From: Bacteroidales bacterium
GTDB taxonomy: Bacteria > Bacteroidota > Bacteroidia > Bacteroidales > VadinHA17
Length of the DNA: 64,000 nt
Direction of reading: 5' to 3'
Assembly: GCA_022865305.1 (NCBI GenBank)
Contig: JALHSP010000040.1
Coordinates: forward strand, 24,611-88,610
Below, piece after piece: positions 45,438-55,981 of the stretch (positions are counted from its first letter, which is position 1; each line of letters opens with the position of its first letter). Position numbers and translations under genes: made by a program. A model generated the notes under the pieces. The model ran no database searches and was not told the origin of the DNA. It was given only the letters and a program-made list of their open reading frames with translations.

Positions 45438-46775
45438 TTAAAGATTTCTTACTGCTGCTTTAAACTGACGGCCTCTGTCCTCGTAATTGCTGAACAGATC
45501 AAAGCTTGCACAGGCTGGGGAAAGTAATACCGTATAGTCTCTCTTCGCCAGGTAATATGAGGATCTGACAGCCTCTTCCATTGACCCTGTTTCTACTATT
45601 GTCGGCACCTTATCTTTAAAAGCTTCGATAATCTTCCTGTTGTCTTTTCCTAGACAGACTATTGCCCTGACTTTTTGTTTAACCAGGGGAAAGAGTTCAG
45701 AATAGTCATTGCCCTTATCTATACCTCCGACAATCCAGACAATATCCGTTTCCATACATTCAAGAGCATACCATGCCGAGTTAACATTTGTAGCTTTTGA
45801 ATCATTAATGAAGTTAATTCCGCTGACTTTAATAACAGGTTCCAACCTGTGTTCAACTCCCTGAAAATCAGCGAGACTTTCTCTGATCACATCCTTCCGG
45901 ATGTTCAGTACTTTACCTGCAATAGCAGCTGCCATTGAGTTGTAAATGTTGTGACGACCTTTAAGCGCCAGTTCATGAATGGTCATAAGGTAGGTTTTAG
46001 GTTGGTAATCAATTATTAATTCCCTGTTTTCGATATATGCAGTCATATTCTCCTTAGAAGTGTCGGAGAAAGGAAGAAGGGTCATTCCATAATGCTTTTT
46101 CGACAGTTCAGCTTTAATGATCGGATCATCCGCCCAGTAAATAAGAAAATCTGACTTCGTCTGATTTTGTGTAATCCTGAATTTTGAATCGATATAATTC
46201 TGAAGCTTATATCCATACCGGTCGAGGTGATCAGGCGTAATATTCATCAGTATTGCAATCTCCGCCCTGAATTTGTACATGCCGTCAAGCTGAAAACTGC
46301 TCAGTTCAATAACATAATAATCATACGGACCCTCTGCAACAGCCATTGCAAAGCTGTTTCCAACGTTACCGGCAATAGCCACCTTTTTACCGGCCTTATT
46401 GAGGATATGGTAAATAAGGTTTGTGACCGTTGTCTTGCCATTGCTTCCTGTTATACATATCTTGATACCCTTTGCATATCTGCCCGCAAATTCAATTTCA
46501 GATATTACCGGTATTCCTTTTTCATGAAGTGTCACAACTATCGGTGCATCTTCCTTAATACCCGGACTTTTAATTACTTCATCGGCGGCCATTATCTCCT
46601 TTTCAGTGTGGTTCCCCTCCTCCCACCTGATTTTATAACTGTCAAGTATTTCCCTGTATTTTTCCTTTACCTGACCTTTATCTGATACAAAAACATCAAA
46701 TCCATGCTTCATTGCCAGAACTGCTGATCCAGTTCCGCTTTCTCCGGCTCCCAGTATTACAATCTTTCTCCTCAT
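45438..46775 (-). CDS. murD: UDP-N-acetylmuramoyl-L-alanine--D-glutamate ligase
   Basis: 445 aa. N-terminal Rossmann motif ILGAGESGTGSA and Mur ligase P-loop ITGSNGKTT. Confidence 0.93.
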   Translation of the reverse strand: MRRKIVILGAGESGTGSAVLAMKHGFDVFVSDKGQVKEKYREILDSYKIRWEEGNHTEKEIMAADEVIKSPGIKEDAPIVVTLHEKGIPVISEIEFAGRYAKGIKICITGSNGKTTVTNLIYHILNKAGKKVAIAGNVGNSFAMAVAEGPYDYYVIELSSFQLDGMYKFRAEIAILMNITPDHLDRYGYKLQNYIDSKFRITQNQTKSDFLIYWADDPIIKAELSKKHYGMTLLPFSDTSKENMTAYIENRELIIDYQPKTYLMTIHELALKGRHNIYNSMAAAIAGKVLNIRKDVIRESLADFQGVEHRLEPVIKVSGINFINDSKATNVNSAWYALECMETDIVWIVGGIDKGNDYSELFPLVKQKVRAIVCLGKDNRKIIEAFKDKVPTIVETGSMEEAVRSSYYLAKRDYTVLLSPACASFDLFSNYEDRGRQFKAAVRNL

Positions 46776-46779
46776 TTAA

Positions 46780-48036
46780 TTATCTGATCTTCAGCGTCAC
46801 AATACTTATTACTGCTAATATTAATGCTACAATCCAGAAACGAGTGACTATTTTCGGTTCCGGATAACCTTTTCTCTGATAGTGGTGATGAAGAGGGGCC
46901 ATAAGTAAAATCCTTCTCCCCTCACCGAATTTTTTCCTGGTTCTTTTAAACCAGGCTACCTGCATAACAACCGAAAGATTTTCGGCAAGGAATATCCCGC
47001 ATAAAATCGGTATTAATAATTCCTTTCTTATAATTACAGCAAAAACAGCTATTATTCCTCCCAGGGCAAGGCTCCCGGTATCTCCCATGAATACCTGTGC
47101 CGGATATGAATTGTACCAGAGAAATCCGACTGTTGCACCAATGAAAGCACTGGCAAAAATCACCATCTCTTCCGAACCAGGAATAAACATAATATTCAGG
47201 TAATCAGCGTATATAATGTTACTTGAAACATAAGCAAGTATCGCCAGTGCAGTTCCTATAATAGCAGATGTACCGGTTGCAAGTCCGTCAAGTCCGTCGG
47301 TTAGATTAGCTCCGTTCGAAACAGCAGTAACAATGAAAATGACAATTATTACGAAAACCAGCCATGTCCATGGTTGCCTGTGTTCCTTATTAATAAAAGC
47401 CACAAGCCAGGAGTAGTCAAACTCATTATTCTTGACAAAAGGAATGGTGGTTTTTGTTGATTTTCTATCCATGGAGATCTCCTCCTGGCCATTATAAGGA
47501 GAGGAGGGATCAATCAACTCAATCTTCTCCCGTGCGGACAGATCAGAAATGTTTACCTGTTCGTTGATAATAATATCATCACTGAAGAACATGGTAATTC
47601 CTACAATAAGTCCGAGCACTATCTGACCTGCAATTTTAAATCGCGCGGCCAGCCCCTCTTTATTCTTCCTGAATATTTTGATATAGTCATCAAGGAATCC
47701 TATCAGCCCCAGCCAAACAGTTGTTAACAGCATCAGGATCACATAAATATTATCGAGTTTTGCGAAAAGAAGGGTTGGAATTATAATTGAGGCAAGAATT
47801 ATTATCCCGCCCATCGAGGGAGTACCCTTCTTTTGATATTGTCCAACAAGACCCAGGTTTCTTATTTCTTCACCAACCTGTTTCTTCTGAAGAAATCTTA
47901 TTATTCTTTTTCCGATAAGCAGCGAAATAAACAGAGATGTGATTACCGCAGCTGCTGACCTGAAGGAGATGTAAACAAATACCCCTGCTCCGGGAACATT
48001 AAGCTTTTCAAGATATTCAAACAGATAGTAAAACAT
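46780..48036 (-). CDS. mraY: phospho-N-acetylmuramoyl-pentapeptide-transferase
   Basis: 418 aa polytopic protein. Motifs: [38 protein letters not shown]. Confidence 0.95.
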   Translation of the reverse strand: MFYYLFEYLEKLNVPGAGVFVYISFRSAAAVITSLFISLLIGKRIIRFLQKKQVGEEIRNLGLVGQYQKKGTPSMGGIIILASIIIPTLLFAKLDNIYVILMLLTTVWLGLIGFLDDYIKIFRKNKEGLAARFKIAGQIVLGLIVGITMFFSDDIIINEQVNISDLSAREKIELIDPSSPYNGQEEISMDRKSTKTTIPFVKNNEFDYSWLVAFINKEHRQPWTWLVFVIIVIFIVTAVSNGANLTDGLDGLATGTSAIIGTALAILAYVSSNIIYADYLNIMFIPGSEEMVIFASAFIGATVGFLWYNSYPAQVFMGDTGSLALGGIIAVFAVIIRKELLIPILCGIFLAENLSVVMQVAWFKRTRKKFGEGRRILLMAPLHHHYQRKGYPEPKIVTRFWIVALILAVISIVTLKIR

Positions 48037-48047
48037 TATTCCTTTCG

Positions 48048-49505
48048 TTATTTCAGTAAAAATGCCTTTCTAAGTTCCTCCCTGTCATCAAAGGGGTGCC
48101 TCACTCCCATAATCTCCTGATAAGGTTCATGCCCCTTCCCGGCGACCAGGATCACATCCCCCGGTTCAGCAAGCATTACAGCAGCTTTAATTGCTTCCCG
48201 GCGGTCACTGATCCTTAATGTTTTTCTTCTGAGCTCGGGAGTGATGCCTTCCTCCATATCATCCAGTATTTTTTCCGGATTCTCAGTTCTAGGATTATCT
48301 GATGTCAGAATTACCTTGGTGCTGCCCTCAGCTGATATTGCTGCCATTTTAGGCCGTTTTGTCCGGTCCCGGTCTCCGCCGGCGCCGACAACAGCTATAA
48401 GATTTACATTCCCTTCCCTGATTTTGTTTATTGTATCAATCACATTCAGCAGAGCATCAGGGGTATGAGCATAATCCACTATTCCTGTAATACCTCCGGA
48501 TGACCTGATAACCTCAAGTCTTCCGGCAACCGGATTAAGGTCACTCAGCAAAGTAAGTATCTCATGTTTCCCAGCTCCCAGCAGTTCAGAAGCAGCATAT
48601 ACTGCAAGGAGGTTTGAAGCATTAAAATCACCGATAAACCTTGTCCACACTTCTTCACCCTGTATCCGCAATCCCATCCCTTCAAATCCCTGTTCAATGA
48701 TTCCGCAACGATAATCTGCCATTCCCCTCACTGAAAATGTATAATGATCAGCTTTACAGTTCTGCAGCATTACCCTGCCATTTTTGTCATCAATATTCAC
48801 AAGTGCAAAGGCACCAGGTAACAGAGTATCAAAATATCTTTTTTTTGCAGCCAGATAATTATTAAAGGTTTTATGATAATCAAGGTGGTCATGAGTGAGA
48901 TTGGTAAAAATGCCGCCGGCAAATTTTAATCCGGCAATCCGCTGCTGATCAACGGAATGTGAGCTTACTTCCATGAACGCAAAGTCACATCCTGTTTTAA
49001 CCATCTCCGACAGCAACCTGTTGAGCTGTACCGGATCAGGGGTTGTATGTGTTGCCGGAAGCTCTTTGTCAATTATATAATTGCAAACCGTGGAAAAGAG
49101 TCCGCATTTATATCCGAGCTTTTTAAACATCTGGTAAAGAAGGGAAGCAATGGTTGTCTTTCCATTTGTGCCGGTCACACCAACGAGTTTTATTGAAGAT
49201 GACGGATTATCGTAAAAATTTGAAGCAGCCAGTCCCAGAGCCCTCGCAGAATCGTTTGTTTTAATCCAGCATATTCTATTATCTGGATGATCAGGCAGAA
49301 TTTCACAGATCACTGCTGATGCTCCTGATTCGATTGCATTGCTGATATACTCATGTCCATCAGTTTTAGATCCTTTTACTGCAACAAAAAGTGAATTTTT
49401 GTCGGTGTTGCGTGAATCGAATCCGATATTTGTAATCTTTCTCTTTATATCTCCCGATAAGGAAATAACATCAATGCCTTTCAGTATTTTTTCAAGTTCA
49501 ACCAT
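48048..49505 (-). CDS. murE: UDP-N-acetylmuramoyl-L-alanyl-D-glutamate--2,6-diaminopimelate ligase
   Basis: 485 aa Mur ligase ([15 protein letters not shown]). Confidence 0.93.
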   Translation of the reverse strand: MVELEKILKGIDVISLSGDIKRKITNIGFDSRNTDKNSLFVAVKGSKTDGHEYISNAIESGASAVICEILPDHPDNRICWIKTNDSARALGLAASNFYDNPSSSIKLVGVTGTNGKTTIASLLYQMFKKLGYKCGLFSTVCNYIIDKELPATHTTPDPVQLNRLLSEMVKTGCDFAFMEVSSHSVDQQRIAGLKFAGGIFTNLTHDHLDYHKTFNNYLAAKKRYFDTLLPGAFALVNIDDKNGRVMLQNCKADHYTFSVRGMADYRCGIIEQGFEGMGLRIQGEEVWTRFIGDFNASNLLAVYAASELLGAGKHEILTLLSDLNPVAGRLEVIRSSGGITGIVDYAHTPDALLNVIDTINKIREGNVNLIAVVGAGGDRDRTKRPKMAAISAEGSTKVILTSDNPRTENPEKILDDMEEGITPELRRKTLRISDRREAIKAAVMLAEPGDVILVAGKGHEPYQEIMGVRHPFDDREELRKAFLLK

Positions 49506-49506
49506 A

Positions 49507-51621
49507 TCACCTGTTCATTTCAAGAGAAACTATCTGGCCTTCAAAGTACCTTGCACCATGTTCCGGTGATTGTTGCAGAACCCGGCCTTTGCCATCGTAC
49601 CTTACCCTGTAACCGGAGTTTTCAAGAAGGTAAATTGCATCTCTGAGGCTCATACCCCGTACATCGGGCACCAGACCTTTTTTAATATTCACTCCGACAA
49701 GTCTTACAGTATCTCCGCTTTCCCTGGTAGCTACCCAGTCGTTGTTTGCAGTCCGCCTGTATCTTACATCCAGTTCACTGAGAACTTCATTGATATCTGC
49801 CCTGTAACCATTGCCTGCTTCAGGAGCAGATGCTATTCTTTCATCTTTATTTTCAGGTTTATAATCCCTGAAGAAATTTGTGGCATATACTTTATCAGAA
49901 ATTTCTTTAAATACCGATCCGGCAACCAGGTTGCCATAATAAACCCCATTCGAGGGTGCATTTACGACTACAATGCATGAATAGAGAGGGTTTTCTGCAG
50001 GGAAATAACCTACAAAGGAAGCCTGATAAGATATTCTTGCGCCCTGCCGGTAACCACGCTTGTCCTTTGCTATCTGGGCAGTACCTGTCTTTCCCGCTAT
50101 TTTATAACTGGCATCTCTAAGGTTTATGGCTGTTCCATTTTCAACAACACCCTCCATCATCTTTTTTGCTTTCCTGATCGTTGACCTGGAAGCAATTGAG
50201 TTAATAATTACATCCGGCTCGAAACGCTTAATTATCATGCCGTTTCGCACGATAGCTGTAACAAATCTTGGTTTCATCATTCTCCCGTCATTTGCAACAG
50301 CATTATAGAAAGTAAGAATCTGTAATGGTGTCAGCTGAACCTCGTAACCATGGGACATCATGGGTAATGTAAGTCCTGACCATAATTTTTCCCCGGGGTA
50401 TCTTATCAGGGGAGTCCCTTCCCCCTTTATCTGGATATCGAGCTTCTGGTTCAGTTTCATCGCGTAAAGCCTGTTTACAAAATCCCTGGGATTATCTTTG
50501 TAATGTTCATAAACGAGTTTCGAGGTACCAACGTTTGAAGATTTCTCAAATACCTCTTTTACAGTAAGTTTGCCATATCCTTCCTCTCTTGTATCCCTGA
50601 TGATCTTATCATAAAACTTTACACTTCCGGTTCCTGTATCAACGATATCGCCGGTATCAATAACTCCATCCTCAAGTGCAGCCATAAGCACCGGAAGCTT
50701 AAATGTCGAACCAGGTTCGGTGCTTTCTCCTATTGCGTAATTATAAGTCTCATGATAACTGCCGTCACCGCTCTGTTCAAGATTGACTATAGCTCTGATA
50801 TCACCTGTTGCCACTTCCATCAGGACGGCGCAACCATGATGTGCATTATGTTTCCAGAGCTGATTCCGGAGGGCTGATGTTGCTACATCCTGCAGATCGA
50901 TATCAATTGTTGTTATTACATCATTTCCGTCCCTCGATTCAACACTGCTGGCATCATCGATGGTTATCCAGTCACCTCCGGTGAGGCGCTGCTGTACTGC
51001 AATCCCGTTCCTCCCTGCCAGATCTTTATTAAAGGAACCCTCTATACCCACTACGGTGCCTTCATCTCCAAGATTCAGGTAACCGACAGTGCGGGCAGCC
51101 AGTTCATTGTTTGGAAGGACCCTTTTGTTTTCAACCTGTGTAACCATTCCGCCTTTATATTGTCCTTCCCTGAAAATCGGAAGCTGTTCAAGCTTCTTGA
51201 GTGTCTCGTAATCAACCCGCCGTTTAATGAGGAAATAGCGGTCTCCTCTTTTTCTTGCTTCACTGATTACCGATTTCCATCCTGCAGCAGATCTTTCACC
51301 CAGGATCTTTGCCAATCCCTCTGATAATCCGTTAATACCGCGTGACCATGTCCGGTCCGACATACCTGTACTCCTGGTATCCATGTAAATTGTATAATAG
51401 GGAACAGAGCTTGCCAGCAGACGTCCGTCATGGGTAAGAATATCTCCCCTGTTAGCAGGTATTGCAGCTGTTTTGTAAACATATTGTTCACTCATGGCCG
51501 ACCATTTACCATGCTGGATATACTGAAGATAAAGAATGCCAAGAAGGATGGCAACAGCAACCAGGACGACCACAAAATATATAATGCCGCTCCGCCAAAC
51601 TATTTCATCTCTTACTGCCAT
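49507..51621 (-). CDS. ftsI: penicillin-binding protein (FtsI-type transpeptidase) with C-terminal PASTA domain
   Basis: TM anchor, PBP dimerisation domain and transpeptidase motifs (STFK, SSN, KTGT). The C-terminal PASTA-like segment reads VPDVRGMSLRDAIYLLENSGYRVRYDGKGRVLQQSP. The track start at 51639 is TTG; I use the ATG at 51621, 4 nt after the ftsL-like stop. Confidence 0.9.
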   Translation of the reverse strand: MAVRDEIVWRSGIIYFVVVLVAVAILLGILYLQYIQHGKWSAMSEQYVYKTAAIPANRGDILTHDGRLLASSVPYYTIYMDTRSTGMSDRTWSRGINGLSEGLAKILGERSAAGWKSVISEARKRGDRYFLIKRRVDYETLKKLEQLPIFREGQYKGGMVTQVENKRVLPNNELAARTVGYLNLGDEGTVVGIEGSFNKDLAGRNGIAVQQRLTGGDWITIDDASSVESRDGNDVITTIDIDLQDVATSALRNQLWKHNAHHGCAVLMEVATGDIRAIVNLEQSGDGSYHETYNYAIGESTEPGSTFKLPVLMAALEDGVIDTGDIVDTGTGSVKFYDKIIRDTREEGYGKLTVKEVFEKSSNVGTSKLVYEHYKDNPRDFVNRLYAMKLNQKLDIQIKGEGTPLIRYPGEKLWSGLTLPMMSHGYEVQLTPLQILTFYNAVANDGRMMKPRFVTAIVRNGMIIKRFEPDVIINSIASRSTIRKAKKMMEGVVENGTAINLRDASYKIAGKTGTAQIAKDKRGYRQGARISYQASFVGYFPAENPLYSCIVVVNAPSNGVYYGNLVAGSVFKEISDKVYATNFFRDYKPENKDERIASAPEAGNGYRADINEVLSELDVRYRRTANNDWVATRESGDTVRLVGVNIKKGLVPDVRGMSLRDAIYLLENSGYRVRYDGKGRVLQQSPEHGARYFEGQIVSLEMNR

Positions 51622-51625
51622 CTTT

Positions 51626-51985
51626 TTATTTTTTATCAACCAGCAACCTGAATGGTGGTGTTTTCAGTTCTTCCAGATTAAGCCCTTTTTCCTTTACCAG
51701 CCTGAACACTTCCGATTGCCGGCTGACATACATCAAATCAGCTGAGGTGGAAAGTGATTCTGCTTTAAGGTCTTTTACTTCACGCTGCAATCCGGCTATT
51801 TCCCTGGTAATTTTTTCAGCATGAAACCTGTTGCCTATATAAACAGCCGCCAGGAATGTCAGAAGCAATATATATCCCAGGTTCTTAAGGATAATCTTTT
51901 CAGTAACCATGCTTCCGCTAAGGAGTTCCTTCATGAAACTGCCCCTCTTTACCTGTTTTTTATTGTTTTCCTTAATCCCGGCCAT
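51626..51985 (-). CDS. ftsL: FtsL-like cell division protein
   Basis: 119 aa with a single TM helix (LGYILLLTFLAAVYIG) followed by a coiled-coil region. It occupies the canonical slot between rsmH and ftsI. Confidence 0.65.
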   Translation of the reverse strand: MAGIKENNKKQVKRGSFMKELLSGSMVTEKIILKNLGYILLLTFLAAVYIGNRFHAEKITREIAGLQREVKDLKAESLSTSADLMYVSRQSEVFRLVKEKGLNLEELKTPPFRLLVDKK

Positions 51986-51989
51986 CGAT

Positions 51990-52886
51990 TCAAATTTTTT
52001 CCGCTATTCTTAACCTTGCGCTTCTTGCCCTGCTGTTTTTTGCTGTTTCCTCTGCACCCGGTGTTATCCCTTTTTTATTTATTAACCTGAATGGCGTTTC
52101 AGAATTTCCGTAGAAATTTTTTTTTTCAATGCCATCAAAATTGCCGCTGCGCATAAAATTCTTTACAATCCTGTCCTCAAGAGAATGATATGTTATTATC
52201 ACAAGTCGTCCACCTGTATTTAGAACTGATAAAGCCTGTACGAGCATCTCCTTCAGGGAATCAATCTCGTGATTGACAGCTATCCGCAAAGCCTGAAACA
52301 CCTTAGCGTAATATTTATTCTCCTGCCGTTGAGGTACAAGTCTGCCGATAGCAGAAATCAGGTCACCGGCCGATGTAACCGGCTTAAACGCTCTGAAGGA
52401 TATAATTTCCCTGGCAATTCTTCTGGAGTTTGTCAGCTCTCCGTATTTGTAAAAAATATCAGCCAGCGATTGCTCTTCCAGAGTTTGCAGGAGAGTGGCA
52501 GCGGTAACCGGACTTTTCTTATTCATTCTCATATCAAGAGGCGCATTATGCCTGAAAGTAAATCCCCTTTCCGGTTCATCAAACTGATGAAATGATACTC
52601 CAAGGTCAGCAATAAGGCCATCGATGGAGGAAATTCCGTTGTACCTGAGGTTGTTCTTCAGATACCGGAAATTCTGGTCAAGAAACAGCAACTTCTTATC
52701 ATCAGGGGCATTTCTTTCGGCATCCTGATCCTGATCAAAAGCAATAAGCTTTCCTGTGGTCAGTCGCTTCAGAATCTCCACTGAATGTCCTCCTCCACCG
52801 AAAGTAACATCTACATAAATCCCGTCAGGCCGGATATTCAGCCCTTTAATACTTTCATCCAGCAGTGCAGGGATATGATAGACCAT
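51990..52886 (-). CDS. rsmH: 16S rRNA (cytosine1402-N4)-methyltransferase RsmH
   Basis: 298 aa (HIPALLDE, DVTFGGGGHS, DLGVSFHQFD, SLEDRIVKNF). Confidence 0.95.
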   Translation of the reverse strand: MVYHIPALLDESIKGLNIRPDGIYVDVTFGGGGHSVEILKRLTTGKLIAFDQDQDAERNAPDDKKLLFLDQNFRYLKNNLRYNGISSIDGLIADLGVSFHQFDEPERGFTFRHNAPLDMRMNKKSPVTAATLLQTLEEQSLADIFYKYGELTNSRRIAREIISFRAFKPVTSAGDLISAIGRLVPQRQENKYYAKVFQALRIAVNHEIDSLKEMLVQALSVLNTGGRLVIITYHSLEDRIVKNFMRSGNFDGIEKKNFYGNSETPFRLINKKGITPGAEETAKNSRARSARLRIAEKI

Positions 52887-53353
52887 TATCCTTCAGGCTC
52901 AATTAAACTTCCACCCATAAGTTTTTCAGCCAGGTTGGCAAAATCATCAGCAGGCATTTCAATTTTTTCATAAATATCTGACGCCCATATTTCTATTCTT
53001 CCATCCTGGCCTGCTAGAACTACATCTCTTTCAGCTCCGATAAGATCAAGTAGTCTTTTCGGTATCAGCATCCGGTTATTATTATCGAGAAAAAGGTCAG
53101 CTGTGCCCTTGAAGAAATTTCTCAGGAACATATTATGCTCACGGTTATAAGGATTGATCCTCTTCCTGATCTTCTGCAGCTGCCTGTTCCAGTCTTCACT
53201 GGCATAAAGGACGAGGCAATTTTCAAAAATGTCCTTTCGTACCACAAAATGGTCGCATGCATCAGCAGGCATCTGCTTCTTGAATGCCACCGGAAGAATT
53301 ACCCGTCCCTTGACATCCACCTTACATGCATATTCACCAATAAATGTGGCCAT
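52886..53353 (-). CDS. mraZ: division/cell wall cluster transcriptional regulator MraZ
   Basis: 155 aa with two SpoVT/AbrB-like MraZ repeats (VDVKGRVILPVAFKK and DNNNRMLIPKRL). It is the first gene of the dcw cluster, and its stop overlaps the rsmH start (TAATG). Confidence 0.93.
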   Translation of the reverse strand: MATFIGEYACKVDVKGRVILPVAFKKQMPADACDHFVVRKDIFENCLVLYASEDWNRQLQKIRKRINPYNREHNMFLRNFFKGTADLFLDNNNRMLIPKRLLDLIGAERDVVLAGQDGRIEIWASDIYEKIEMPADDFANLAEKLMGGSLIEPEG

Positions 53354-53396
53354 AATCCCTTTCCCCCGATTAAAACGCTAAAATATATAAAAAATA

Positions 53397-53426
53397 TCCA
53401 CTTTACTCCACTTTACTCCACTTTTT
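53397..53426 (-). promoter_or_regulatory. candidate MraZ operator: three 10-bp-phased direct repeats with GTGGA core
   Basis: The minus strand reads AAAAAGTGGA GTAAAGTGGA GTAAAGTGGA, ending 43 nt upstream of the mraZ ATG. This is the same 3 x 10-bp architecture as described MraZ boxes (TGGGN in E. coli, AAAGTG[G/T] in Mollicutes). Confidence 0.6.
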
Positions 53427-53648
53427 TTATTTTTTTGTTAATAACTTTTTTAATATATCACGGCATCTCCACCGCATTAAATGATCCCTACCTCAGATTT
53501 TTGGCTTTTTTAACATCTTGTTAATTCCCATGGCATCCCAATAGCCTGACTATCTGAACAGGATAATCTGCCTTCCTGGAAAGGGGATATGATGTTGAGA
53601 AGGATTATGAAGAACAGGTTTTTGGATAGTGCCTTTGAAGGGTTCTTC

Positions 53649-53679
53649 AAAAAAAAACCACCAACTTCTGGTTGGCGGT
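53649..53679 (-). terminator. rho-independent terminator downstream of the 53726-54763 gene
   Basis: The minus-strand RNA reads ACCGCCAAC-cagaa-GUUGGUGGU, a 9-bp stem with one G-U pair, followed by U9. It lies 47 nt after the stop codon. Confidence 0.7.
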
Positions 53680-53725
53680 TTAATGATAAGATTATTAGAT
53701 GTTCCCTTTACAGGAATAACCTTAG

Positions 53726-54763
53726 TTAATCGTGCGAATGATAATAGATGGTTAAGGCTATATGATCAACGACATTTTTAGCAAAATACATACTATGCAT
53801 TGAACTTACCAGTGTTTTTAATTTTGTTTTCGCAGGACCAATAAGTTCGCTGAGTTTTGCTGTTGTTCCATCGTCAAAAGTAAGCTGTATATCTCTCTTA
53901 TGACAGATCGAATGGGTAGGTTCAGAATCATCTGTTATAAAGGCAGCGGCTTCCTTCTGCAGGACACCTTTAAGAAATACCTGGATGGAATCAACACCGG
54001 TCGACTTTACAATGTCAACATCGCCTATGGTTAAGGTATACTTCTTCTCTATTTTATGAAAATCCTTCCATATTAACATTACTGTCTCTTTCAGTAAAGT
54101 ATCATCAGTTTCCATCAGAGCAAATGAAGAGGTCATCGTGTCACCAGTTACGTATGAAACATTCACGCTGTAATCTTCTGTAAAATTAAACTTGGATGAA
54201 TATGATTGGTCTGCGAATGAATTTCCTGTTGCCATTACATCGAGGCTGCCTATTTCTTCATCAGCAAGGGTGAAGCCTGCTGTAAGTTTGTAGTCATAAC
54301 GACTCCACAGGGAGTAATAGAAATGATAATCCGAGGCGGCTATGACAAAATCATTTTCGGGTGTTGATTCAGGCAGGGTTATACTATGCAGGTATTTCGA
54401 CGGGTGAAAGATCATCCGTTGAGGCAGGTTAACAATCATAGAATCGCTTTCTCCTGTCTTTTTAAACAGCCACATTGGTTTACGGTAATGACGGCAAAAA
54501 AATGATTCCGGCTGATAATTATAAACACCTGCTATCAGGTCCAGCGTAATGCTGTCGTTGTATTCAGCTTCAAGCTTTGGCTCATCACCGGTGACTGACA
54601 TTAACTGATAACCCTTTGTTTCTGAAATAACTGAGATGGCACTGTTTATTTTTGACACGCCATCTTCAACAGATTGTTTCAGAGAAGGCTCTGATATCAT
54701 CTTGGAACATTGCCATGATATCAGGCCAATAAGCACAATAACAATTATAACATACTTTTTCAT
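53726..54763 (-). CDS. hypothetical lipoprotein
   Basis: Start set to the ATG at 54763 (MKKYVIIVIVLIGLISWQC, signal peptide plus lipobox-like Cys). No recognisable family. The track start at 54832 is TTG. Confidence 0.55.
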   Translation of the reverse strand: MKKYVIIVIVLIGLISWQCSKMISEPSLKQSVEDGVSKINSAISVISETKGYQLMSVTGDEPKLEAEYNDSITLDLIAGVYNYQPESFFCRHYRKPMWLFKKTGESDSMIVNLPQRMIFHPSKYLHSITLPESTPENDFVIAASDYHFYYSLWSRYDYKLTAGFTLADEEIGSLDVMATGNSFADQSYSSKFNFTEDYSVNVSYVTGDTMTSSFALMETDDTLLKETVMLIWKDFHKIEKKYTLTIGDVDIVKSTGVDSIQVFLKGVLQKEAAAFITDDSEPTHSICHKRDIQLTFDDGTTAKLSELIGPAKTKLKTLVSSMHSMYFAKNVVDHIALTIYYHSHD

Positions 54764-54840
54764 AATATCGATATTTAGTTTTATGATAATATAAGATCTT
54801 ATGCTTTGATGTTTACCAGATATTTCCAGCAATAAAAATA

Positions 54841-54848
54841 CAAAATTA
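54841..54848 (-). promoter_or_regulatory. Bacteroidota-type -7 promoter box upstream of the hypothetical lipoprotein gene
   Basis: Exact TAATTTTG on the minus strand, 77 nt upstream of the ATG at 54763. Confidence 0.3.
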
Positions 54849-55020
54849 TTATCTATTTATGAAGTTTTGATGAAATCCGTAAGAATAAAGGGAAAGAACT
54901 GGAATAAGCTAATCAGGATAAATTATTAAAGGATCAGACATTCCTGATTATCAATATCTTATTTTTGTTTAATTGCTAAAAGGGAGGAGAAAGAGGATGA
55001 TAAAAGAAATAAAATTTTGG

Positions 55021-55028
55021 TAAATTTG
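55021..55028 (+). promoter_or_regulatory. Bacteroidota-type -7 promoter box upstream of the acyltransferase pair
   Basis: Exact TAAATTTG, 30 nt upstream of the ATG at 55059. Confidence 0.45.
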
Positions 55029-55058
55029 TACCCTCTGATTTAAAAATCATTCGCCAGG

Positions 55059-55904
55059 ATGAACGCTACTGCTGAAAATAATGAAGTTTTGAAAATAGAT
55101 GTAGAGCAGGTTCTGAATTCCAAAAATCCGGCATTAAGAAAAACTATTCCGCAGTTTCTTATAAATTACCTTATAAGAATTGTTCATCAGGAAGAATTGA
55201 ATGATTTTTTCAAAATTCATGGGCACCTTAAAGATGCTGAAATGATTGAAGCCTGGCTGAAATATTCCAATATAAAATATAAAGTCATCGGAAGCGAAAA
55301 TATTCCTTCAGAAGGCAGGTATATTTTTGTCTCAAATCATCCCCTCGGAGGACTTGATGGTGTTGTTTTTATATATGAACTGTCAAAATATTTTAAGGAT
55401 ATTAAATTCCCGGTTAATGATATTCTGATGAACATAAAGAATCTTTCCGGCATCTTTCTGCCCGTTAATAAGCATGGCTCCCAGGGAAGGGAGGCTGCAA
55501 GGATGATCGAGGAAGCCTATTCTTCCGCAAGCCAGATACTTTATTTCCCCGCCGGATTATGTTCAAGGAAGAAGAAAGGAATAATAAAAGATCTTCAATG
55601 GCATAAAAGCTTTATTTCCAAAGCTATACAACATAAAAGAGATATAGTTCCCACTTTTTTTTCAGGCAGGAATTCCAACTTTTTTTATAACCTGGCCAAT
55701 ATCAGGAGTTTTCTCGGTATCAAAGCAAATATCGAGATGCTGTATCTGCCTGATGAAATGTTCAGGCAGAAAAATAAGGAAATTTTACTTGTATTTGGGA
55801 AGACCATCCCATGGCAAACCTTTAACCAAACAAAATCACCGTCTAAATGGGCAGATTGGGTCAGATCAAAATCATACGAACTCGAATCATTAATTACCGG
55901 TTGA
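55059..55904 (+). CDS. lysophospholipid/1-acyl-glycerol-3-phosphate-type O-acyltransferase (PlsC family; GlsA/OlsA-like)
   Basis: 281 aa with the HX4D acyltransferase motif (SNHPLGGLDG) and FPAG. It is paired with the following N-acyltransferase gene. Confidence 0.75.
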   Translation: MNATAENNEVLKIDVEQVLNSKNPALRKTIPQFLINYLIRIVHQEELNDFFKIHGHLKDAEMIEAWLKYSNIKYKVIGSENIPSEGRYIFVSNHPLGGLDGVVFIYELSKYFKDIKFPVNDILMNIKNLSGIFLPVNKHGSQGREAARMIEEAYSSASQILYFPAGLCSRKKKGIIKDLQWHKSFISKAIQHKRDIVPTFFSGRNSNFFYNLANIRSFLGIKANIEMLYLPDEMFRQKNKEILLVFGKTIPWQTFNQTKSPSKWADWVRSKSYELESLITG

Positions 55905-55981
55905 TAATAAAAGAAAAAAGTTAACTTGCACTCGACTTTTTAATTGAAATATTCGAATTACTTACAATACCCTTAAAATAA

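Noticed and set aside
38041-53353. Absence of murF and ddl from the dcw cluster as a possible deletion
   Set aside because: To my knowledge, the order mraZ-rsmH-ftsL-ftsI-murE-mraY-murD-ftsW-murG-murC-ftsQ-ftsA-ftsZ without murF or ddl is the usual Bacteroidota arrangement. Gene junctions are tight and intact.
53397-53426. Tandem 10-bp repeat considered as a CRISPR or minisatellite
   Set aside because: There are only three 10-bp units with no spacers and no cas genes. The position and core sequence fit an MraZ operator far better.
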